A stretch of 64,000 bases of DNA from an uncultured delta proteobacterium (GTDB taxonomy: Bacteria; Myxococcota; UBA727; VGSZ01): positions 320,001-384,000 of the forward strand of contig CAVZJB010000003.1 of NCBI GenBank assembly GCA_963775425.1, written 5' to 3'. Each line of letters opens with the position of its first letter. The first letter of the stretch is position 1. The notes beneath the pieces are model-generated. The model saw only the letters and a list, made by a program, of their open reading frames with translations, ran no database searches and was not told where the DNA came from. The translations under genes and the position numbers were made by a program. Below, in pieces: positions 55,913-64,000 of this stretch.

Positions 55913-56325
55913 AGCTTGCGCTCGCGACCGTTGCGCTCGGGCTCACCGCCTGCCAGGGCGGAGGGCCCGTGCCTGCGCTGTCGAACCTGAGCTTCAACGG
56001 GCCCGCGCCCGACTCCTCCGTGGTGCTGCTCCTCTCCGTCGACTTCGAGGACGACGACGGCGACCTCTCCAAGGGCGACCTCACCACCTTCATCAACCAG
56101 CGGCCGACCAGCGCGGGCGCGCTGCCGCTGCTGCCCATCTTCCTGCAGAGCGGGCTGGACGAAGGCGCAACCGACGGTACGCTCGACTTCGTGCTCGAGC
56201 TGTCGTTCTCCGCGAGCAATCCGCCGGCCTCCGGCTCCAGCTTCACCCTCGGCGCCCGCGCGAGCGACGGCGCCGGTCACACGAGCGGCACGCAGGAGAT
56301 CAAGCTGCGGCTCGAGAACGAGTAG
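55909..56325 (+). CDS. Lipoprotein, hypothetical
   Basis: Lipobox LTAC; FEDDDGDL motif. Confidence 0.65.
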   Translation: MKLALATVALGLTACQGGGPVPALSNLSFNGPAPDSSVVLLLSVDFEDDDGDLSKGDLTTFINQRPTSAGALPLLPIFLQSGLDEGATDGTLDFVLELSFSASNPPASGSSFTLGARASDGAGHTSGTQEIKLRLENE

Positions 56326-56332
56326 CCCTTTC

Positions 56333-56815
56333 ATGGTCAGCGACAAGCCCGACGACTTCGCCCTCGACGAAGACGACCTCGACGAGGAGGACCCCAAGGA
56401 GCGCGGCTTCGCCAGCAAGATGATCGGTGACCTCGCGCGCCGCGCGTTGATGACCGGCATCGGGGCCGTGTTCATGAGCGAGGAGTCCCTGCGGGGGCAG
56501 CTCTCGGACATGAAGCTGCCCAAGGAGGCGATGCACTACGTGGTGGCGCAGGCGGACAAGACCAAGCGCGAGATCGTCGCCACCATCGCCCGCGAGACGC
56601 GCGAGTTCCTCGGCAAGCTCGAGGTCGACAAGATCCTCGCGCGCGCCCTCGTCGGCACCACCATCGAGATCCAGACGCGCATCCGCGTGCTTCCCAAGGA
56701 GGGCGGCGGCGTCGCCCACGAGGTGGAGACCAGCGAGATGACCCTCGCCCCCGAGGACAAGCCGCACACCACGCGCAAGCGCAAGCGCCGCAAAGACGAC
56801 GACGCCGACTCCTGA
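56333..56815 (+). CDS. Conserved hypothetical protein (phasin-like N-terminus)
   Basis: RRALMTGIGAVFMSEE amphipathic helix; GC3-rich codons. Confidence 0.65.
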   Translation: MVSDKPDDFALDEDDLDEEDPKERGFASKMIGDLARRALMTGIGAVFMSEESLRGQLSDMKLPKEAMHYVVAQADKTKREIVATIARETREFLGKLEVDKILARALVGTTIEIQTRIRVLPKEGGGVAHEVETSEMTLAPEDKPHTTRKRKRRKDDDADS

Positions 56816-56864
56816 GCGGACCCGCGCGGCGCGCCCGACCGCGACTCGGGAGCTGCTCGGGGAG

Positions 56865-57866
56865 CTACTCGGGGAGGGGGGTGGCCTCGTCCTTGAGCTT
56901 CTTGATGCGCGAGGTGACCGAGGCGTCGGGGATGAGGTTCACGCGCACGCCCTGAACCTGCAAGAACTCGCGCACGGTCTGCTCGTCGATGCCGTCGACC
57001 TTGGTGAGGGTCTTGTCGAACCGCGCGAGCACGCCGTCGAGGCGGCGGGCGGCGGTGCGGAAGTCGGCCATGGCCGTGCGCATGTCCGTGGTGATCTTGT
57101 CGATGTTCTCCGCCGCCGGTCCGACGCGGCCCGCGGCGTCCTCGATCATCTTCGGGTCGATGCCGGCGAGGATGTCGTCGAGGCGCTTGGACGAGCTCTC
57201 GAGGCGATCGGCGAGCGGCGGGCCCCGGTCGCGCATCAGCGCGAGCACGGCGGCGGCGTCGTCGCCGGAGCCTTGCACGAGCTTGTTGGTGGTCTTCACG
57301 AGCTGGCGGACGTCGGCGAGGGTGTCGATGAGCTCGTGCTCGAGCTTGTCCGCGCCCTCGCGCTGCAACATGCCGTCCACGCGCGCGACCGCGCTCTCGA
57401 GCGGCGGCGCGATGTTGTTCATCCTGTCGACGAGCAGCGAGACGTCACGGATGACCTTGTCGATCTCCACCGTGGGCACGTTCTGATCGAGCACCGAGCC
57501 CGGAGCGAGCACCGCGGCCGGCGGCGCGCCCGGGTCCAGGTCGACGTACTTCTCGCCCAGGAGCGTCTTTTGGCGGAGCGCCGCCCTGGCGTCTTTGTGC
57601 AGCGCCACCTTGGGATCGATGGCGATGGTGACGCGCGCGCGGCGGCCCTCCACCCGGATGTCGTCGACGACGCCGATCTTCACGCCGGCGACCGCGACGG
57701 CGTTGTCCTCGGAGAGGCCGAGCGCGGAGTCGAGCATCAGCACGTAGCGGTGGGCGTTGCGCGGCGCGCCGCCGCCGACGGCGAACGTGAGCCACACGAA
57801 CGCAGCGAGCACGCCCACGACGAGCACGCCCAAGGCGGCCTCGGCCTTCCACGAACCCGGCTCCAC
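56865..57866 (-). CDS. mlaD: MCE/MlaD family protein
   Basis: TM helix; ALGL...V.VAGVKIGVV; LLGEKYVDLDPG; coiled-coil tail. Confidence 0.88.
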   Translation of the reverse strand: MEPGSWKAEAALGVLVVGVLAAFVWLTFAVGGGAPRNAHRYVLMLDSALGLSEDNAVAVAGVKIGVVDDIRVEGRRARVTIAIDPKVALHKDARAALRQKTLLGEKYVDLDPGAPPAAVLAPGSVLDQNVPTVEIDKVIRDVSLLVDRMNNIAPPLESAVARVDGMLQREGADKLEHELIDTLADVRQLVKTTNKLVQGSGDDAAAVLALMRDRGPPLADRLESSSKRLDDILAGIDPKMIEDAAGRVGPAAENIDKITTDMRTAMADFRTAARRLDGVLARFDKTLTKVDGIDEQTVREFLQVQGVRVNLIPDASVTSRIKKLKDEATPLPE

Positions 57867-57920
57867 GGCCCGACGCTACCACCCGGCTCGCCGCCTCGCG
57901 ACATCGCGGCGGCGTCGCCG

Positions 57921-58721
57921 TCACCCCGCCGCGGGGTCGCGATCGGGGGGGACGCGGTCGAGGAACGGTCTGAGCGGCGCCTCCTGTGACGCCCACAGCT
58001 CTTCGCGCGTGCCCCACGCGCGCAGCTTGCCGTCGAGCAGGAAGCCCACGTAGTGCGCGATGCGCGAGGCGCTGGTGACGTCGTGGGTGATGACGACGAA
58101 GGTGGTCCCGAGGCGCGCCTGCGTCTCCACCACGAGCTCGTCGATGGCGGCGCTGGTCTGTGGGTCGAGGCCGCTCGTCGGCTCGTCGAAGAGCACCATC
58201 TCGGGCTCGAGCGCGATGGCGCGCGCGAGCGCCACGCGCTTCCTCTGTCCGCCCGACAGGGCGTCGGGCATGCGCTCGCCCACGCCCGGCAGGCCGACGA
58301 GCGTGAGCAGCTCCTCGGCGCGCTCGCGCGCCCGCTTCATCGGCACGTTGCCCACGCGGCGCAGGGGGAACGCGACGTTCTCGGAGACGCTCAAGGAGCC
58401 GAACAGGGCGTTGTCTTGAAAGAGCATCCCCATCCGGCGCCGCAGCGCGAACAGCCCTGCGCGCGACAGCGAGAACACGTCCTGGCCGAGGGAGAAGACG
58501 CGGCCGGCGTCGGGCCGCAGGAGCCCGGTGGCCATGCGCAGCAGCGTGCTCTTGCCGCTGCCGGAGGGCCCGAGCAGCACCGTGGTCCTGCCCGCCGGGA
58601 TCTCGAGGTCGAGCCCCTCAACGACGGTGCGGGCGCCGAAGCGCTTGGTGACCTGCTGAAACGCGATCGAGCCCGAGGGAGCTTCCGCCGCGTGGCTCGC
58701 CGTGCGGTCTTCGGCCGTCAT
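57921..58721 (-). CDS. mlaF: MlaF-type ABC ATPase
   Basis: GPSGSGKS, LSGGQRKRVALARA, DEPTSGLDP. Confidence 0.9.
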   Translation of the reverse strand: MTAEDRTASHAAEAPSGSIAFQQVTKRFGARTVVEGLDLEIPAGRTTVLLGPSGSGKSTLLRMATGLLRPDAGRVFSLGQDVFSLSRAGLFALRRRMGMLFQDNALFGSLSVSENVAFPLRRVGNVPMKRARERAEELLTLVGLPGVGERMPDALSGGQRKRVALARAIALEPEMVLFDEPTSGLDPQTSAAIDELVVETQARLGTTFVVITHDVTSASRIAHYVGFLLDGKLRAWGTREELWASQEAPLRPFLDRVPPDRDPAAG

Positions 58722-59455
58722 CGGGCCATCCCGCCGTAGACGACCCACGTGAGCACCAGGCTCGCCGCGCACACCACGACCATCGCGCGGATGACCGCCT
58801 TGTTCGTCGCGCGGCCGACGCCGGCGGCGCCCCCGGTGGCGGCGAGCCCCTCGCGCGCGGCGATGGCCGCGAGGAGGAAGCCGAGCACCGCGCCCTTGCC
58901 GGCGCCGACGACGAGGTCGGCGACCGTGACGCCTTGCCACAGGTGCGACCACATGGCGCCGCGGTCGATGCCGAGCTGCCACGCGCCCACCGCCTGCGAT
59001 CCGAGCATGCCTGCGCCGCACGCGACCACCACGCACAGCGGGGTCCCGAGCACGGCGGCGAGCACGCGCGGGGCCACCAGGAGCCGCACCGGGTCGAGGC
59101 CCATCACCTCGAGCGCGTCGATCTGCTGCGTGGTGCGCATGGTGCCGATCTCGCTGGCGAACTCGGCGCCGCTGCGGGCCGCGACGGCGGCGGCGGCGAG
59201 GAGCGGGAACACGTCGCGCACGCCGCCGAAGCCGACGACGAGCCCGGCCATCTCGCCGCCGCCGACCACGGCGAGCGACGAGGCCGCCTGCACCGTGAGC
59301 ATGGCGCCGCCGAAGAACACCACGGCGAACACCACCGGCACCGACGTGGTCACCAGCCGCACGAACACGAGCAGCGTGTCGACGACGGGCGGCCCGCGCA
59401 GGACCGCGAGGAGCGCGCGCGGGAGGAAGCCGAGCACGGCCGCGATCTCCCTCAC
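58718..59455 (-). CDS. mlaE: MlaE family permease
   Basis: SEIGTMRTTQQIDALEVMGLDP; GAAGVGRAT. Confidence 0.88.
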   Translation of the reverse strand: MREIAAVLGFLPRALLAVLRGPPVVDTLLVFVRLVTTSVPVVFAVVFFGGAMLTVQAASSLAVVGGGEMAGLVVGFGGVRDVFPLLAAAAVAARSGAEFASEIGTMRTTQQIDALEVMGLDPVRLLVAPRVLAAVLGTPLCVVVACGAGMLGSQAVGAWQLGIDRGAMWSHLWQGVTVADLVVGAGKGAVLGFLLAAIAAREGLAATGGAAGVGRATNKAVIRAMVVVCAASLVLTWVVYGGMAR

Positions 59456-60249
59456 GGCTGGCCTCCGTGCAGGCCGAAGGCGAACGTGTTCACCAGGTAG
59501 TTGGCGACGAGCACCACGATCACGGAGGCGACCACCGCGCGGTTGGCGGCCTTGCCGACGCCCGCGGGCCCGAGCGGCGCGAAGAAGCCGGCCGTGGCGC
59601 AGACGGCGCCGAGGCCGGCGCCGAAGATCACGCACTTGAGCTCGCTCACCCAGACGTCCATGACGCCGATGCCCTCCAGGGCGGTGTCGAGGAACAGCGC
59701 GCGGGGGACGCCGAGGAGCACCACGGCCATCACGAAGGCGCCGAAGCAGCCGGCGGCGATGGCGACGGCGTTCATGAGCGGCGCCGCGAGCGCGGCCCCG
59801 ACGATGCGCGGGCCGGCGACGGTGGCGCGCGGGTCGACGCCCATGACGGCGAGCGCGTCGAGCTCGGCGTCGTTCCGCATGGCCCCGAGCTCGGCCGCGA
59901 TGCCCGCGCCCCCTTGCATGGCGACGACGACGGCGGCGAAGCCGGGCGCGAGCTCGCGCACGATGGTGGCGACGCACATCGGAGCGAGCGCGCGCTCGAA
60001 ACCGAAGCTGCGCATGAGCGTGAGCGCCTGCAGCGCGAGCATGGCGCCGACGGGCGCGCACACGAGCGCCACCGGCGCCGCGCACCGTCGCGCGATCTGC
60101 ACCGCGTGCTGCGCGCAGGCCTGCACGCCCTCGCGCGTGCGCAGCGCGCCGGCGACGGCCGGGAACGAAAATGCGAGCACCCGGCCCGTGGCGCCGAGGA
60201 AGCCCACGGTGCCACGGCCGATGCTCGCAAACGGCGCGACCGGATTCAC
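59452..60249 (-). CDS. mlaE: MlaE family permease
   Basis: VRELAP, AELGAM...LDALAVMGVDP, GPAGVGKA. Confidence 0.88.
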   Translation of the reverse strand: MNPVAPFASIGRGTVGFLGATGRVLAFSFPAVAGALRTREGVQACAQHAVQIARRCAAPVALVCAPVGAMLALQALTLMRSFGFERALAPMCVATIVRELAPGFAAVVVAMQGGAGIAAELGAMRNDAELDALAVMGVDPRATVAGPRIVGAALAAPLMNAVAIAAGCFGAFVMAVVLLGVPRALFLDTALEGIGVMDVWVSELKCVIFGAGLGAVCATAGFFAPLGPAGVGKAANRAVVASVIVVLVANYLVNTFAFGLHGGQP

Positions 60250-60324
60250 CCGGGTGACTCTAGTGCAGCCGTCCACGACGTGGAGCCGCGCGCGCCAAGC
60301 GGCGCGCCCCACGACGCCGGCGCG

Positions 60325-61111
60325 TCAGCCCTTCTTCGGGGTGCCGCGGCCGATGAGGACCTTCTTGAGCACCACGTCCTTGAGCGGGCGGGAGTGCGCG
60401 GGATCGTTGGGGTCCTTTTCGACATGCGTGATCTTCGGGACGACGTCGGCGCCGTCGATGAGCTTGCCGAAGAGGTTGTAGTGGCCGTTCAACCAGGGCG
60501 TGGCGTTCTCCGTGATGAAGAATTGCGAGCCGTTGGTGTTGGGTCCGCTGTTGGCCATGGCGAGGATGCCCTTGTCGTCGAAGCGCAGGTCCGGACGGAA
60601 TCTCGTCCTCGAACTTGTAGCCGGGGCCGCCGGTGCCGTTGCCGAGCGGATCGCCGCCCTGGATCATGAATTTGGGGATGACGCGGTGAAAGATGGTGCC
60701 GTCGTACAGCGGCTTGCCCTTCATCTGCTTGTGCGTCTTGGGGTCGGTCCACTCCTTGGTGCCCTCGGCGAGCCCCACGAAGTTCTCGACGGTGCGCGGC
60801 GCCTTCTCCCAGAACAGCTCCGCCGTCATGGTCCCCATCGACGTGACGAAGGTGGCGTAGAGCTTGTCTCCCGGCTTGATGCCGAGCGCCTTGGCGGTCT
60901 CCTCGGCGTTCGCCGCCGGCGCCGGCGCGTCGGCCTTGGCCTTGGCCTGGGCGAGCTGGCGCTCCAGCGAGGACTTGCTGCTCTGGGCGTTCTTGAGGCT
61001 CTGCTGGCACGTCTTGAGCTCGTCGCCGAGCTTCTTGTTTTGTTCCTCGAGCTCCTTGGCGTTGCAGGACACCGAGAGGAGCGCGACGGCGGCAAACGCG
61101 AGGAGGCGCAT
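60325..61111 (-). pseudogene. Lipoprotein cyclophilin PPIase with an apparent +1 frameshift near 60600 (probably a sequencing error)
   Basis: Lipobox SVSC, coiled coil, [24 protein letters not shown]; continues in another frame as [28 protein letters not shown]. Confidence 0.8.
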
Positions 61112-61113
61112 GA

Positions 61114-61638
<525 letters not shown>

Positions 61639-61656
61639 GCGCCGGGGGTACGGCGA

Positions 61657-62253
61657 CTAGGTGAGCTTCGTCAAGATGGCGAAGAGGCCCTCGGTGTTGA
61701 GGATCGTCGCGACGACGTCTCCGAAGCGCACCGTGTTGCCCGGCTGCACGGGGACGGGCTGCCCCTCGCCGTGGCGGGGGACGGGGGTGTCACCGAGGAA
61801 GGTGCCGTTGGACGAGCGCGCGTCCTGGAGCATCCATGTGCTCCCCATGTCCCGGAAGAACGCGTGGAAGCGCGAGATGCTCGCGTGAGGGAGGAAGACG
61901 TCGTTGCCCTCGTTGCGGCCGACGGCGATCCAGTCGAATTGCGAGCCGGCCCGGCGCTTGAGCGGGAACACCGCCGACGGCGGCAGAATGGGCGCCGGCC
62001 TGCCCGCGCTCGGATGGGTCTTGGAGGTGTCGCTGGCGGCGCCCGCGATGTCCGCGATGTGCACGAGGAGGAAGAGCTTGCCGTGCGCGGCCCGAAAGTC
62101 CTCGAACGACATCGAGCGCGCCTCGTGGCGCATGTCTGCGATGGGGATCCCGTTGCCGAACGTCATCTGAGCCGGTGTGGCGGCGAGCTTATGCGGGACG
62201 CCCGCCGCGGGTCCGGATCCGGTCGATTTCGGCTTGTCGACACGGTGCGTCAT
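61657..62253 (-). CDS. FHA domain protein
   Basis: VGRNEGND..SISRFHA..SSNGTF. Confidence 0.85.
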   Translation of the reverse strand: MTHRVDKPKSTGSGPAAGVPHKLAATPAQMTFGNGIPIADMRHEARSMSFEDFRAAHGKLFLLVHIADIAGAASDTSKTHPSAGRPAPILPPSAVFPLKRRAGSQFDWIAVGRNEGNDVFLPHASISRFHAFFRDMGSTWMLQDARSSNGTFLGDTPVPRHGEGQPVPVQPGNTVRFGDVVATILNTEGLFAILTKLT

Positions 62254-62290
62254 GTGTAGTTTTGACGCATCGCAGCAAAGGAGACCCGCG

Positions 62291-62458
62291 ATGCCCACCA
62301 AGAAGAAGACCACCGCCAGGACCGCCCCCCAGATGACCCTCCGCGAGCACGCCGTCGTCGCCGCCCGCGCCTGGCTGAGCGACGTGCAGATGCGCGCCGA
62401 GAGCCAGCTCGACGCGCTGCTCGAACGGCTGGGGCTCGTGCGCAAGAGCCAGGTGTAG
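62291..62458 (+). CDS. Small hypothetical protein (55 aa, phasin-like C-terminus)
   Basis: GGAG RBS-like site before ATG 62291; LDALLERLGLV motif; GC3-rich codons. Confidence 0.55.
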   Translation: MPTKKKTTARTAPQMTLREHAVVAARAWLSDVQMRAESQLDALLERLGLVRKSQV

Positions 62459-62468
62459 AGTCGTTGCC

Positions 62469-62816
62469 ATGACCAATCTGCCCAAGCGTTTGCGGGAAGC
62501 GTGGCACAACACCGTCGGCAATTTCGCCACCGACGACAAGGGCACGGCGAGCCTGCTGCAGCGGCTCGTCGACTTCGGCCAGCTCTCGGCGGAGGAGGCC
62601 AAGAAGGTCCTCGCCGAGGCGCGCCAGAAGATCGACGCCAACAAGGGCGAGCTCGATCGGCGCGTGGACGAGTCCATCAAGCGCACCGTCGATCGCTTCA
62701 CCGAGTCCAAAGAGGTCAAGCGTCTGGAGGAGCGCGTCGACGAGCTCGAGCAGAAGCTCACCGCGCTCGAAGCTCCCGACGGCGCGTCCGCGGGCGCCCC
62801 CTCCGGCCGCGATTGA
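62469..62816 (+). CDS. Phasin/PhaF-like coiled-coil protein
   Basis: LVDFGQLSAEEAKK, then SKEVKRLEERVDELEQKL. Confidence 0.65.
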   Translation: MTNLPKRLREAWHNTVGNFATDDKGTASLLQRLVDFGQLSAEEAKKVLAEARQKIDANKGELDRRVDESIKRTVDRFTESKEVKRLEERVDELEQKLTALEAPDGASAGAPSGRD

Positions 62817-62826
62817 TCGGCCGACG

Positions 62827-63939
62827 ATGATCGCCGACGGGCCGCTGCCGGGCTTCGACGACGCCTGTGTCCTCCGCGCGCTCGGCGTCGCGGAGGACGC
62901 GGGCGCCCCGACAAAGCGCGACGGCTCCCTCCCCGCCCCCTTCGCCGGCCCCGTCGTGTTCCGCGCCGGCGCCGACGACTTCGTCGTCGAGGAGATCCCC
63001 GCGTACCTCCCGTGCGGCGAGGGCGAGCACCTCTATCTCCTCGTCGAGAAGCGCGGGGTGTCCACGCCGGCGCTGGTCAAGCGGATGCAAGCCCGCTTCT
63101 CGCTCGACGAGCGCGAGATCGGCTACGCCGGCCGCAAGGACGAGCGCGGGGTCACGCGGCAGTGGCTGAGCGCCCCCGCCCGCAAGGTCGCCGATCCCGC
63201 CGCGCTCGAGGGCGAGGGCGTCCGCGTGCTCGAGACGGGGCTTCACAAAAACAAGCTCCGCCTCGGGCACCTGCGCGGGAACCGCTTCACCGTTCGCTTG
63301 TCCGGCGCGGTCGACGCGGCCGTCCTGCGGGATCGTGTGACGGCGGTCGCAGCGGGCGTCCCCAACCTCTTCGGGGCCCAGCGCTTCGGCCCCGACGACG
63401 GCACCCTCCGGCAGGCCGAGGCATTCGTGTCGCGGTCCCGGCCGGCGCGGTCCCGCCGGGACGAGTTCCTCGTCTCCGCCGTGCAATCCGCCCTGTTCAA
63501 CGCCTGGCTGGCCGACCGCGTCGACGACGGCACGTGGGCGACGCCCGTCCTCGGCGACGTGCTCGAGAAGACCGACAACGGCGCCCCCTTCGTGTGCACC
63601 GACCCTGTCGTCGACGGCGCGCGCGCGGCCGCCGGCGAGGTGCGCGTGGCGGGCCCGCTGCTCGGGCGCGCGATGCGGCCTGCGGAGAGCGACGCCATGA
63701 CACGTGAGTCGCGATCGTGGTCGCGGCTGGGTGTGCGCATCGATGCGCTCCTCGCCCACCCCGCGTTCCGGATCGGCGCTCGACGCGGCGCGTGCCTCCG
63801 GCCCGGGGACCTCGCCTTCGACGTCGTGGAAGGCGGCGTATCCCTGCGTTTCTCCTTGGAGAAGGGCGCGTACGCGAGCGTGGTGCTGCGCGCGCTCGTG
63901 GGCCGCGCGCTCGTCGACGCCGCCTTCCTTCCCGCCTGA
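62827..63939 (+). CDS. truD: tRNA pseudouridine(13) synthase
   Basis: DFVVEEI, GEGEH, YAGRKD, LGHLRGNRF, PNLFGAQRFG, GAYA. Confidence 0.93.
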   Translation: MIADGPLPGFDDACVLRALGVAEDAGAPTKRDGSLPAPFAGPVVFRAGADDFVVEEIPAYLPCGEGEHLYLLVEKRGVSTPALVKRMQARFSLDEREIGYAGRKDERGVTRQWLSAPARKVADPAALEGEGVRVLETGLHKNKLRLGHLRGNRFTVRLSGAVDAAVLRDRVTAVAAGVPNLFGAQRFGPDDGTLRQAEAFVSRSRPARSRRDEFLVSAVQSALFNAWLADRVDDGTWATPVLGDVLEKTDNGAPFVCTDPVVDGARAAAGEVRVAGPLLGRAMRPAESDAMTRESRSWSRLGVRIDALLAHPAFRIGARRGACLRPGDLAFDVVEGGVSLRFSLEKGAYASVVLRALVGRALVDAAFLPA

Positions 63940-64000
63940 TCGGTGCGCCGGCGTCGGCGCGGGCGAGCTTCTTGCTCAATCCCCTCCGCTCCCCCGGAGG

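Noticed and set aside
56865-60249. Duplicated mlaE as a novelty
   Set aside because: Two-permease Mce/Mla operons are common.

Overview
Very GC-rich bacterial chromosomal segment, most likely Myxococcota/deltaproteobacterial, judging by FHA proteins, Hanks-type kinases, PEGA/TonB proteins, a MYXO-CTERM-like protease, a stand-alone MshEN protein and the 16S sequence. It has about 60 CDS and one rRNA operon (promoter, 16S, tRNA-less ITS, 23S, 5S, terminator; 15196-20667). Housekeeping blocks include yicC-gmk, folD-gcvT-gcvH-gcvP, mlaE-mlaE-mlaF-mlaD, two cyclophilins and truD. Two accessory loci stand out. (1) An apparently translationally coupled operon, tldD-tldE-mvdC(mdnB)-mvdD(mdnC) (46290-51095), links a TldDE protease to both microviridin-type ATP-grasp macrocyclases, with no precursor gene visible nearby. 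(2) A scaffold-less tailoring-enzyme cluster directly after the 5S gene (20725-30711) encodes AsnB, a GT1 glycosyltransferase, a PIG-L deacetylase, an FkbM-like methyltransferase, an APH-like kinase, a radical SAM enzyme, a synthetase-only AsnB, a CmcI-like protein and a ROK-like protein. It contains a 389-bp A-B-A-B-A tandem repeat carrying a foreign methyltransferase fragment. Several proteins look like pseudoenzymes (kinase-FHA, PduL-like, RlmI-like). All calls come from motif recognition by eye, with no database searches, and start codons are my best estimates.
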